Positions 1-12,221 of a DNA stretch of 64,000 bases are shown one piece after another. The DNA lies in contig NC_043009.1 of assembly GCF_006345805.1 (NCBI RefSeq), positions 34,038,001-34,102,000 of the forward strand, in the 5' to 3' direction. The stretch is from Octopus sinensis (Eukaryota). A program made the position numbers and the translations under genes. How positions within the stretch are numbered: position 1 is the stretch's first letter; each line of letters begins with the position of its first letter. Below the pieces are notes generated by a model. It was not told the DNA's origin and searched no databases. It worked only from the letters and a program-made list of their open reading frames with translations.

Positions 1-714
1 TTAATTAAATAATTTATAAATAAATTTATAAATAGCATATTCATTGCACATATTTGATCCCCTTTTGTACAACCAGTTGCCCCATTCCTTGGACCCACTT
101 CCTTTTAACATCCACCTTTGCTTTAACTATCATTCCTTTCCATTTTATCCTCCATCAATCACCCTCTTCTGTCCCACTAGTTACCTATCCCTCTCCCTAA
201 GCTACATCTTTTGACTGCCATATAATATCTTTAACACCCTCTCTAATCTGCTACTGACAGATTCCATGCCCACCCCACCAGTCTTTGTCTTCCACTCACT
301 ATATCTGCCTCTATGTAACTTTGCCCCTATCTCTGTCATTGTATGTTTTCTTCAGCCTTTCTATCCTGCATATTATCTCCCTATTTCTCATCTATCTACA
401 GGTTTATTACACCCTTTCTGTACTACCACTTACCACCTCTTCTTTTCTGGGTCACTCCTATTTCCCCACCACCACCATACACACTGATAATTACCATCCA
501 CCACACACCTACCCTTGTTCAACATTTATTACATTTACCTTTATCCCAATCTTTAACCATCTGTCACTCTCCCAAACTTAGCCACCACCCTTCCTGATCC
601 TTTGTTCATATTTTCTCTCATACTAACCTTCTTGTCCTTTGAGAATATGTCCAGATTCCTCATCGCCATCATTTTTATCCCTCTTTCTAGCTCCTTCCAC
701 ATCCCTAATATAAT

Positions 715-1097
715 GTGGGGGTAGCCATGCTATCTCCTCTGTAGCAAGACACCAGTTTCTGTTTTCTTGTCATACAATAGCTTCTCAACACCTTGTATAA
801 AGTCACCTCCCATTCTACTGCATCCCCACACAGGAGTGGGGGTAGGGTCTTCTTTCTTGTCTTGCAAGATTCTTCATGATTTTACAAGTGCCAATTCTAT
901 GAAAAAGTACCTTGTACACTTTGGTTTGTCTACAAGGTGATTAGCATATTAAGAAGGACATCCAACCTTAGAAACAATGCCAAAGCAGACATTGGAGCTC
1001 AATGAGCCTCTTGGTTTGTTGGTTCCTGCTGAACTGTTGAACCCATGCAAGCATCAAAGATAGCCATTAAATGATGATGATGATGATGATGATGATA
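715..1097 (+). mobile_element. Degenerate SINE with RTE-type 3' end and (GAT)n tail
   Basis: Resembles the dispersed repeat at 62305-62490 and 32130-32360 (…aacccatgcaagcat…aaatgatgatgatg tail). Confidence 0.55.
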
Positions 1098-1519
1098 GAA
1101 ATCCATACCATCCTTAATCTGAGTTCAAATTCCACTCAGGCATTCATTACATTTAACTATTTTTTTCTGGGATTGTATTGATAAAATAAATATCAGTAAT
1201 ATACTTGGGTTAATATACTTAGATAACCTTCTCCTAAAATGCTGCCCCTGTACCCAGTCTATCGAAACTAGTATCATCATCATCATCATCATTATTGGTA
1301 GTGGTGGTGGTAATAGTAATGCAAGTGTCTACCATATCTCTTGATGCATTTTATTTGCTGGTGTCGTTTAGCCCCACGTTAACCCAGATGAAAAACACCT
1401 GTGATTAAAGACATTCCAGTTATAACCATTTTGTCTTTTTTCCTATATGCGGGAAACTCAAGGTCACACTATCCAATGTCTCTTTTTCTATGATAGTGGA
1501 TTGTAATTTGAAAGAAATA

Positions 1520-1945
1520 TGACTGCTATTTCTAGTGTATAGAACGTCCACATAGAAGTTTCTTTATTTTTTTCCCTTTTAAAGATCTAAGAAAAATTAA
1601 GAGTACTTCTATGTTTCCTAAAGTAAGTCTTTTAGGAGTGTAGGATTGACTTTGTGCTACATCAGTTTTTGTCATCCATTTGTTGTTTAGAATATATGTA
1701 ATGTGAATCATGTCATTTTTTGTGAAGTGGAGATTGTGTTTAATGAGTACAATGTGAATTGCGTTGCATTTTGTGGCTGGCTGATGATTTTGCTGTGTGG
1801 ATTGTATTATTCTTATTAGGTGGCACATATACAGAATATGAGTTGTTGGTGAAGTGTAGAATGTTTTATACTATCAGATGCTGGAAGTATGCTATTTCAT
1901 TGGGTAGTGATGGTGTAGAATTATGTCTTTCTGTAAGTAGGTGAT
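1520..1945 (-). pseudogene. Possible decayed non-LTR retrotransposon 3' end
   Basis: ORF fragment ending …TPKRLTLGNIEVLLIFLRS resembles LINE C-termini; weak. Confidence 0.25.
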
Positions 1946-1953
1946 ATCTACCA

Positions 1954-1988
<35 letters not shown>

Positions 1989-1989
1989 C

Positions 1990-2178
1990 CTGCACCAAGC
2001 TAGCAGAATAGTTAGCATGCCAGGCAAAATGCTTAGCAGTATTTTGTCAGGATTCGTGTTCTGAGTTCAAATTCTGCCAAGGTTGACTTGGCCTTTCATC
2101 CTTTCAAGGTCAATACTGGGATCGATGTAATTGACTAATCCCCCACCCCCAAATTTCAGGCCTTGTGCCTTCAACAGA
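1990..2178 (+). mobile_element. tRNA-derived SINE with Meta-domain-like core
   Basis: B-box-like gagttcaaattc followed by gccaaggttgacttggcctttcatcctttc; same family at 7829, 43120, 49570 and 63240. Confidence 0.65.
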
Positions 2179-2179
2179 A

Positions 2180-2407
2180 ATTATTATTATCATTATTATT
2201 GTTGTTGTTGTTGTTGTTATTATTATCATTATTATTATTATTGTTATTATCATTATTATTATTATCATCATTATTATTATTCATCATCATCATCATCGTT
2301 TAACGTCCGCTTTCCATGCTAGCATGGGTTGGACGGTTCAACTGGGGTCTGGCAAGCCCGAAGGCTGCACCAGGCCAGTCAGATCTGGCAGTGTTTCTAC
2401 AGCTGGA

Positions 2408-2447
<40 letters not shown>
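2180..2447. repeat. (ATT)n/(GTT)n/(ATC)n microsatellites flanking a minus-strand SINE 3' fragment (2283-2408)
   Basis: Read directly; catcgtttaacgtccgctttccatgctagcatgggttggacgg is the recurrent SINE tail. Confidence 0.85.
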
Positions 2448-2451
<4 letters not shown>

Positions 2452-3199
2452 TGGCAAACTGGGAGAACTGTTAGCGCAGCAAACAAAATGCTTGGCAGTA
2501 TTTCCAATTCTGCAATGGTGAACTTTGCCTTTTAGGTTAGTAAAATAAACACTAGTCAAGTACTGGAGGGTGATGTAATCAACTTTCCCCTCCTCTTAAA
2601 AACTGATACCCCAAGGCCAAAATTTGAGACCATTATTATTGTTATTGTTGTTGCTGAAACAATAGAGACGTGGATTATATAACAGAAATAGTTGAATTGT
2701 TTTAAGATCTTTCACTTTTGTTCATTCATCTACATCCTCTGAGTTCAAATCCCACTTCTAAGATCATCTTTTCTTTTAAATCCTTTGACTTTGATGAAAT
2801 AAATACCAATCATGTAGTTGTGGGCAGTTGAATTGATTATACACGTTTACCAGGAAGTTTATACATAGTAACTTGATCTACCAGAAATAGCAACCAAATC
2901 TCCCACAAATCACACCCTACTATAAGTGTGAAAGTAAAGAACACTTTGGATAACATAGTTTTAAATACTATTAAAAAGACAGGATGGTCATGGCTGGAAT
3001 GGTCATACTCAATTAGAATGGAATAAGCAATATATAACAACAGGCAAAAAATATCTAAAGCTACAAAAACAAACCCACAAAATTGATCTTTTATGAGTGC
3101 AGACCCCCCCCGTTCCCCTCACCACCACCACCACCATCACCCAAAACCACTACTACTGGGAAGCAATCTATGTAAATGTGAAGAATTTGAATTGCTTAC

Positions 3200-3229
3200 C
3201 CCAACCGTTGATGACCGTTTTCTAAACAT
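3200..3229 (-). CDS. Candidate alternative first coding exon MFRKRSSTVG of the minus-strand host gene
   Basis: ATG TTT AGA AAA CGG TCA TCA ACG GTT GGG followed by a strong GTAAGC donor; phase 0, matching the large exon; unique sequence upstream. Confidence 0.45.
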
Positions 3230-3329
3230 AATGCCATTTAAAAGAATTTATACCAATTTTTGACCATCACAACACAACTTGGTATCCAATTCCTCATTGA
3301 AACCATATAAAACTACTGCTCTTTGTAGC

Positions 3330-3500
3330 AATGTAGCTTTTCCCTCCACACCCCGCCCCTCACACACACACACAACATCTTTCTCTCTTTCTTGCTCTTA
3401 CTATTTCCAAATGTATGTGATGTGTGTGTGTGTTTAGAATGTACGATTAAAGAGAGATGGTAGAAAGAGTGAGGGGGAAGAGAGAGAAAGAAATTCTGTG
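3330..3500 (-). promoter_or_regulatory. Candidate promoter for the mini first exon
   Basis: GC box (ccccgccc near 3351) plus GA/CT and CA tracts just upstream of the 3229-3200 exon. Confidence 0.25.
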
Positions 3501-3765
3501 TATGTATGTGTGTGTGTGTGTGTGTGAATGTGAGCATGTATGTGTGTATGTATTTTATATGATTGCAGTGTGTATGTATTTGCAACTCCCTATCGAAAAT
3601 TCGAAATATATATTTTACAGTATAGATATATCTATAACTGTAAATATGTGTAGGGGTATTTGCATTTGTGCATGTATATGCCTGCTTATGCATATAGATA
3701 TTTTTGCTGTAATGTATACGTAATAACGTGTATAGATGTACGCACACACATACGTGTGTGAGAGC

Positions 3766-3799
<34 letters not shown>

Positions 3800-3951
3800 G
3801 TGTATATATATATGTGTGTGTGTATATATATATATGTGTGTGTGTATATATACATATATATATATATACATACATATATATACATATATATATATATATG
3901 TGTATATATATGTGTGTGTATATATATACATATATATATATATATACATAC

Positions 3952-3982
<31 letters not shown>

Positions 3983-4029
3983 CATATATACATATACATA
4001 TATATACATATATATACATATATATATAC

Positions 4030-4065
<36 letters not shown>

Positions 4066-4066
4066 G
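3766..4066. repeat. Compound (TA)n/(TG)n/(CA)n microsatellite
   Basis: Read directly; accounts for the YI-repeat pseudo-ORFs. Confidence 0.95.
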
Positions 4067-5020
4067 CCATGATCATCATTTAACATCCACTTTCCATGCT
4101 ACACACACAAATAAATCTGTGTATATTTACTTCAGTATGTATGTTTATATGAATATTTAAGATTATATGTATATATATGTGTGTTTAAAGAAGTAGCTAC
4201 AGAAACAAACAAGTGATTATGGCGCATGAGGAGGAGAGTCAAGATGAGGAAAGGAGAGAGAGAGAGAGTGTGTGTGTGTGTGTGTGGTGTGTGTGTGTGT
4301 GTGTAAACGTGTGCATGTGTGAGTTCATGTAAGCATGTTTGCATATGTTTATGTGTGCACATGATTGGGCATGTGTGTATGTGTGTTTGTACGTGTACGT
4401 GTGAGACTGTGTATAACCATGTTTGTGCATGCATCCACTTGTGTGTATTCATGCATCTTAGTATATATGATCACTTTTGTGTGTGAACATATGTATATAG
4501 TTTAAATGTGTGTGTGTGTGTGTGAGGTTTAAGCTGAAATGAGAGAGAAACAGGAAGAGGAGTTAATGTAGTGCATGCGAGTCAAGGAGAGGGGGAGAAG
4601 AAACTGTGGTGAGAGGTGAAAATGTTCTGATATGGGAAAAATGGTAGGGGAAGGTGATGGGCCCATAAAAGCTGTGGTCTGCTTTCTAAAGATAACACTA
4701 ACAAGAACACCATCCTGCATGACCCTCCTCTGAAAGGAGGAGGAGAAGGAAGAGGAGGAGGAGGAGGAGGGGGAGGAATTTAAAATTGTAAAATTGCATG
4801 CATAGCTGAGCTGTATGTTTAAGTAGTTCACATAGTTCTGGATTTGAGCCTACAGCATGGCACCTTGAACAAGTGTCTTCAACTACAGTTTTGGGATTTC
4901 ACTAACTTTTAACAATGACCCATTGCTATTATTCAACAGTATTAGGTATGTTGCCAAAATTGCTACCAGCAGATTGATCACCAATAAAATACTTCTTGCA
5001 CTTAAGTAATTACATAATAT

Positions 5021-5459
5021 GGATCTTTTCGGTTTGAACAGCAGTTTTTTAAAATAATTTCCACGTAACTAAACACTTTTAAACTTCGTATACTGGTAGA
5101 ATGTGTTTATAAAACATCTTTTTCTCTTGGCTTTATTGAGAAAATTCTATAGTTTGTAAGATATTTGTTGTTTTTTTTTTCTTCAATTTCTGCAATTTCA
5201 ACCAATCACTGTCGTCTATTGAGGTGAAAACATTCTGTGCCGTATGAATATGTCCCTCGTTTAAGAAACAGATTGGGTTTATTTACATTTGTGAAGAAAA
5301 AAACGATACCCTTCCCCCCACCCCTAACCCTAACCAACCCTAACTAACCCTAACCCTAAAACAGATTGAAATGCAATAGATCTATACTAGGGTCATAATT
5401 ATGGGTGACAATTTCATATGACACCGCTAGAAAAACTGCCGTTCAAACCGAAAAGATCC
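5021..5459. mobile_element. Complete MITE with GGATC-ended TIRs, 8-bp TSD and internal (CCCTAA)n
   Basis: TIRs ggatcttttcggtttgaacagcagttttt / aaaaactgccgttcaaaccgaaaagatcc; TSD CATAATAT at 5013-5020 and 5460-5467; telomere-like tract about 5322-5360. Confidence 0.9.
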
Positions 5460-5699
5460 CATAATATATGGAATGGGAAAACAACATTTTGACCATAAAT
5501 ATTACCAGAGAATTGCACCTACCATTTTACTGTGGGCAAATTAGTGAATCATTCACTCTTCTCCATGCAACAATGCAAACAACTGAAGTCAAATGGACTT
5601 GAGGATTAGCCAAACTGCTTTTTGTATGTGTTATGAATTATGTATGAAACATATGTAAATTTTACCTTAAACCATGAACTGCATCATAGAATCAATAGT

Positions 5700-6899
5700 T
5701 GCAACCAATTCAGCAACCTCACAGGTTGTGTAGTGGATAGTATGGATGTAATTTCACTCTACCCATCTATAGACACAGATTTTGTTGTGAAAAAATGCAC
5801 TGAGATTATCTGCGAGAGTGAAGTAGAATTCCGTGAAGTCAAAGTGAGGAAACTGGGACTCCTCCTTAAACTAAGCTATGATAATAACTATCTAGACAAC
5901 CACAACCTCAGTAGATTCTGCCCCACCAGGTCACAGAGGGGAAAACCACCCACCTCCACCACCTCAGCAGTGAAGAAAAGCACTGGAGTGGCTGGACCAT
6001 ACCCACCAAGGACCCTGAGAACAACAAGCAGGTGAAAAGAATGATTTCACATGCAATAAGAACCACCTTGAAGAATCACATAGTGAAGTTTAACAGGAAG
6101 CTATACATGTAGGTTCAAGGTGCAGCCATTTGTGTTGGTGTAACTGGAAATGTGGCCAGCCTCTTCATGATCTGGTGGGACAGAAGACTCAAACAGTCCA
6201 CAACTCTTTTTATTTACTGTAGGTATGTAGACAACATTAATATTCTAGTTAAGACCAATTCTAGTAACAGTAATGCAGAAACCAAGAGGAACATAATGGA
6301 GAGCATCCAAAGTATCAAGTTAACTATAGATTACCCCACTAAGCACCATAAAAATAGACTCCCCATCCTTGATACTGGACTTTGGTTAGAGACTGTGAAC
6401 AACAGAATGCAGTTCCTCCACTCCTATTACATGAAACCCATAGCCTCAAAATACATTGTTCACAAGAACTCAGCTTTGTCACACAACATGAAAATCAACA
6501 TACTGATAGCTGACTTAGGATAATGAACGTGTCCCGCTATGCAAACCCTATGAAACAAAGAAACATGTACAGAATTTCATGCACCGCATGCAATTCTCTG
6601 GATATGATCAGAAAGATAGGGTTCAGGTATACAGGGTTGCTAGAAAGAAGTTAGATAACATCATATGTAATGAAACCAGTGGTACCTGCCCTAGATATAG
6701 AATTAAAGACTGGAGTAGAATACAAAGGGTTTGTGACAAAGCAAACATGGTGAACACGTTGTACAAGACTGACAAATATCAAGGAGTGATGTTTGTAGAG
6801 GCCACAGCCATTGGAGAACTAGCCCGTAGATTTAGGAGAGCTCTGAAAGAGACCAAGTTCAACATTAAGATTATTGAAAAGCCAGGGAACTCCATCTGA
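5700..6899 (+). pseudogene. Penelope-like retroelement reverse transcriptase, frameshifted
   Basis: MDVISLYPSID, RYVDNINI, IDYPTKHHKNRLPILD, YYMKPIAS and MQFSGY motifs; same family as 15480-16895. Confidence 0.85.
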
Positions 6900-7828
6900 T
6901 CACAACAATGTAGGAAGGAGGAATTACAACCGTGTTTCATGGTCTGCTACCACAACAGCTCCTTTATAGGATCCAGTTAGCTCAAGACATCATCAGAAGG
7001 AACCACATCCGGTTTCGGCCCCTACTCCTATACCGTTTTGATGTGGCGGGGCTCCCCCTTTCGGAGGTGTCTTCAGCTCTGGTATTGAGTGCATGTCTTC
7101 TTTCTTCTGTTCCCTGGCCTCTTCGATGTATCGTCAGTGAGTGTCAGCTGGTGACTGACTGTCTTGTCAAATTTTTCCCTTTAAATACCTGCCGCATAGG
7201 CTCCAGCAGGCAGCCCCAGCAAGTTGTCACGTGACACTGTCTCACCTTAACTGACTAGTGAAGGCACGGAGTTTTAGCCCGCGCTTTTTCTAAACGACCG
7301 TCACCTGTCAGTCAGCTTGTCTCACCTAATGATGTTATTTTGAGAATACCACATGCATTTTACTCACTGACTCACCTGCTCTCTTTATCTTACTCTCTAA
7401 CTCACCCTCCTTTCTTTTTTAGCTGGAGTATTCATATAACTACTCTACAGCCAGACATTTATCCCTGTTCCTCTATACTTCTTATCTCTCATCAGCTGGC
7501 ACAAAGTCACCACCTCCTCATTACTATCCTCTCCTCCCAGCTGGGGGAATTTTTGTCTTGAAAGTTACTTGGTGATCCTGTTCGTGCTGGTACAACAAAA
7601 AAAGCACTGGTGCTGGTGCCATGTAAAAAGCACCGATACTGGTGCTGTGTAAAAAGCACACAGTGCACCATGTGGCACTAGGAAGCATATCCAGTCATAG
7701 AAATCTTGTCAAAACAAACAATGGAGCCTGGCGAAGCTCCTGTCAAACCACCCAATCCATGCCAACGAATGCATGTTAAATGATAATGATATGATATAGT
7801 ATGTGTGTGAATGAGAGAGTATATGTAT

Positions 7829-8059
7829 TTCTTTACTACCCACAAGGGGCTAAACACAGAGGGGACTAACAAGGACAAACAAATGGATTAAGTTGATTAC
7901 ATCGACCCCAGTGTGTAACTGGTACTTAATCTATCGACCCCAAAAGGATGAAAGGCAAAGTCGACCTCGGTGGAATTTGAACTCAGAACCTAACGGCAGA
8001 CGAAATACGGCTACGCATTTCGCCCAGCGTGCAAATGTTTCTGCCTGCTCACCGCCTTC
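7829..8059 (-). mobile_element. Near full-length tRNA-derived SINE with Meta-domain-like core
   Basis: gatgaaaggcaaagtcgacctcggtggaatttgaactcag core; close copy at 49575-49800. Confidence 0.85.
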
Positions 8060-9269
8060 ATGAGAGAGTATATGTATGAATGTGTGTGTGTATGTGTGTG
8101 CGTGTGTGTGTGTACATTTGCCAGTGTCTAAGTGTGTGAGTGAGTATGTATACAAATATAACTTGAACTTTGAAACCAATCTAGCATGACACTTGAATAT
8201 CCATTGTACCTATTTGTTTCAATGGATTTGTTTCTATCATAACATAGTGTTATTACCTTTATTATTAAATTTACTTAGTCATAAATTTATTATTCCTTTA
8301 CCTTTTCTTTGAAACTGGCTATGAATTCCACTACAATTCTTAGATTTTAAATTTTGTACACCTATTTTCTTAATTACTTTGTGTTCTATCCTACTATCCT
8401 AATGTTCTAACAAAGTACTTTATAAATGATTGTTAATTATTGGTGACCTCCTTCCCATAGACCTCACCATATTTGTTCACTACTTGATTATCTACTTCTG
8501 TCGTTATGTGAATTCTATTACTGCAACAATTATACTCAATAAGCATAAGCCGTAAGACCTTGATTTGTATAGATTTCATCATATATTTTATATTCAACAA
8601 GGCTATAATCCCAAATACTAACATGTATAACCTGGTCAAATTATATGTTCAAAATACTTGCTATCTATCATTCAATATTTTGAAACCATTCTAAATAACC
8701 TTGCTCTAACCTGGTATATTCCTGGTTTTCAAATTTCTTACATATATTGTAAATAGGTATGATTATTGCATATGAGTGAAATTATATCACTGTCCACAAA
8801 AACTGTTAGGATGGGCTAATTTGTATAAGTGAGCATGAGTGCATTTTTGTGGTTGGTATTTGATACTATTGTATTCAGCCTGTAACAAATTTGACTACAT
8901 CTGTATAAGTTCTGTATATGTGTACATATGTGTGTGTGAACATAATATGGACAGCTGAGTCTACATATATGTTTATTACTTTTGGTATTCATGTTTATGT
9001 GAGCAGGAAATGTCTACGGATGTATGTCTGTGTGTAAGTAAGGGTATGCATATGTGAATGAGTATGTATACAAGTGTAACTTATACTCTGAAACCACACT
9101 AGTGTAACACTTTAGTATCCACTTGTCTCTATTTATTTCAGTGGATTTGTTTTTGTTCAATCCAACCTACTGTACAAACTTGTTTGATCTTTAGTAAAAG
9201 ACCTTTCTGTCCTGTATCCCTTTCTCCCATCCTGTGGCCATTTTTCAACTGGGTTAAATGACAGTTTAA

Positions 9270-9590
9270 AGATGAACCATTATCCAGTACCAACCCAGAA
9301 GATATTTTTACAAAACTAGACAGAGGAAAAATATTTTTAAAACTCAATCAGTCTGATGCATATCTACAAATCAAAGTAGATAAAAAATGCTCAAAGCTGT
9401 AATGGTCAACATGCAAATACAATAGACTACCTCTTGGACTGAAGGTAGCACCTGCAATATTTCAACAGATGATGGACGTGATGTTGGCAGACTGTTAATT
9501 TCTTATTCTTTACCTTGATGACATGTTAATCAAAAGCAAATTGCAGAATGAGCAAATCAAATACATGAAGTGTGTCTTTAAAAAACTTTA
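9270..9590 (+). pseudogene. Gypsy (Mag-like) RT fragment
   Basis: Translates to PEDIFTKLDRGKIFLKLNQSDAYLQI…GLKVAPAIFQQMMD…YLDDMLI. Confidence 0.8.
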
Positions 9591-9594
9591 TTCA

Positions 9595-10432
9595 ACCTAA
9601 GCAAGATCAAGACAATTGCAAGGCTACAGCCGAGGGAAAAGTATTATAACAATCTGAGGTATGCAGACGATACAGCTTTGTTTGCAGACACAGAAGAGAA
9701 GCTTGAAGGATTGATTAATATCATGACTGAGGAGAGTGAAAAGCTTGGATTGATGATTGACTGCAAGAAAACCTTCTCAAGGGTCTGCAACAAGAAACAC
9801 AGGTACCTGCATGTCGCTTGACGGTGAATGGAACTGGGATAGGGCAGAAGGACAGTTTCATATATCTGGGAAGGTGGATAACATCAGATGGAAGGTCAGA
9901 TAAAGACATCAAGTGCAGAACTGGATTAACAAAGAAGACCTTTATGGATATGAGGAGCATTTTTTTGTGCACAGAAAATTGGAATGGAAGTCAAGAAAAG
10001 ACTATCGAAGTGCTACATCTGGTGAGTGCTAACGTATGGATGTGAGTCTTGGACAATAAGCAAAGTCATGGAGAAGAGACTCAAAGCTGCAGAAATGTGG
10101 TTTTATAGAAAAATGCTTGATGAATGTGGAAGTGTTGAGAAAGATGAAAGTGAAGAGACAGTTGATGGATACTATCAGAGAGAGACAATGGAGATTTGTT
10201 GGTCATTTTCTGAGAGAGGATAATGGAATGGAGCGTTACATGGTGAAGACTGAGCTGATAGAAAGGAGAGCGAGAGGAAGGCAGAGAATGAAGATGTTCA
10301 ACTGGATGAAGAAGGGAATGAACATGCAGAGCAAGAAAGACCTGGGTGATGTTGCAAGAGACAGAAATAAATAATGTAGGAACAAGTCACGATTCGTCAA
10401 AGGCATGTATATGTCATGACACGAGAGAGAGA
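9595..10432 (+). pseudogene. RTE-clade LINE RT 3' portion, nested in the Gypsy remnant
   Basis: INNLRYADDTAL, FIYLGRWIT, LTYGCESWT, AAEMWFYRKML, GRQRMK; (GA)n tail. Confidence 0.85.
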
Positions 10433-10670
10433 AGAAATTTTGGCAAAATACATGTCATAAAGCACATCTTTACCCCACCCTACCACCCAAGGTCAAATGG
10501 GCAGGTCGAAAGATTTGTCAACATGTTCAAAAGAGCTCTAAGTAAAGCTAGGAATGAGCTAGATAATGATGGGGCACTAACAAAATTTTTGAGAGTATAC
10601 AGAATAATGCCAAATCCAAATACTAATTCAGAAAAGTCACCAGCAAGGTTAATGTTTGCAAATAAAATAA
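10433..10670 (+). pseudogene. Gypsy integrase fragment
   Basis: HIFTPPYHPRSNGQVERFVNMFKRAL. Confidence 0.85.
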
Positions 10671-10689
10671 TTTTATTTTACATGCAAAC

Positions 10690-11500
10690 ATTAACTCTAC
10701 ACCCTTTCTTCAACAATAGGCTTTGGTGTTTGGGGCAAATTGCTGGCTTCAGTTTGTTGGCCAGCAAAGCACTTTATCTTGTACTGTTGATCCAGGTTAT
10801 CATCATTGTTCGGCTGTGGTCGAGACAATGGAATTTACTATATTATGCCAGACTTCACGGTCCATCATAGCATTATGGAGGTCCTGTTGCTGGATGCCTG
10901 TATCCCTGGAGATTACATCAGGGTAGGAGTGTGTGCGCCCTCTGGTATCGCGAGCAGATGGCTTCCAGAGAAGAGTAGAAATTACCTTGTTTTCAGCTCT
11001 ACAACAATGTCCAGCAAACTGGACTCTTCTACCTTTCACAAGAGATGATACAGGAGGTAATTTCCCATATATTTGTACTTTGGTTGGATGACGCTTCCAC
11101 GAGAGATTTTGATCTCTCATAAGGAGGTGAGTGTAAGTTCCATCCAACCGCCTCTCAAGCTTCTTTGATAACGTCCAGGTTTCTGAGCCATATAGTAGAA
11201 TTGGTTCGATTGTGGCTTTGAAGATTTTAAGTTTGAAATGTCTACTTAGATTTGATGACCAGATCTTATACATATCATTACAGGCTGACCAGGCCATACC
11301 CTTTCTAGTTAGAAAATCTTTTTCAGATGATGATATGTATGTCCCAAGATATTTGTAATCAGAAATCATATTTAAGAGCAAATTGTTGAGAGTATGAATG
11401 ATGAAATCACTGTTGGACAGGCACTTGTTTACATATTCAGTCTTGGACTCATTGAGGTAAAGACCTACACAATTTGAGGCTTGTTCAAGGTAGTCTTCCA
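10690..11500 (-). pseudogene. RTE-type LINE RT C-terminal fragment
   Basis: DYKYLGTYI…PILLYGSETWTLSKKLERRLDG…FAGHC. Confidence 0.85.
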
Positions 11501-12221
11501 GTATAAGTCTTTTTGAGTCTCAAAAAAGGGTTAGCATCATCTTTCTCCTGGAAGACTGAGTTTTGGATTTCTTCATCGCTGGTAAGCCAGGAAGTTTCCA
11601 CTCCATACTCTGTCTTTTAGATTCTAACTCATAATGATGGACCCACATTTCATCTCCTGTGACTATTCTGCTCAAAAATTCCTTGCTCTCATTGTTGTAG
11701 TGATTGAGTAAACGTTGGCAGACCTCAAGATGTTTATGCTTGTGCTCTGCAGTAAGCTCTTTTGGCATTCACCTTGCACAGACTTTATGGAAGCTGAGCT
11801 CTTCATGGATGGTTTGATAGGCAGAACTATGACTAATCTGCAGAGAACAGGCTACCTCATCGATGATAACTCGTCAGTTCACTATTACCATCTCTCAAGC
11901 TTGCTGAATTGTCTTGTCAGTGGTGAAGGTTGACAGGTGTCCCCTTTTTGTGCTAAAGCCTCTGATGAATTTCTGCACCTGACACACTTTCCAACCAGAG
12001 AAATCGGATCACTGCTCTTTGTTCTTCTTTGGTGCACATTGTTAGTGGAGCAGCCATGTTTACACTTTAAAGCCAGAAAGAAAAATGGTGTGATCAGGCT
12101 CAAACTTCGATCACATGACCACAATAGTACCAACTATAAGCACATATGGACAGAAGGCTATGTGGCAATAATAAAGATATGTTATGGTGAAAGTGCGGAT
12201 AATTTTTGACTGCCCCTCGTG
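11500..12221 (-). mobile_element. Mariner transposon remnant
   Basis: PKELTAEHK…RIVTGDEMWVHHYELESKRQSMEW; terminus cacgaggggcagtcaaaaa at about 12221-12203. Confidence 0.85.

Noticed and set aside
3313-4452. Long YI/HT/CV-repeat ORFs
   Set aside because: Translations of dinucleotide microsatellites
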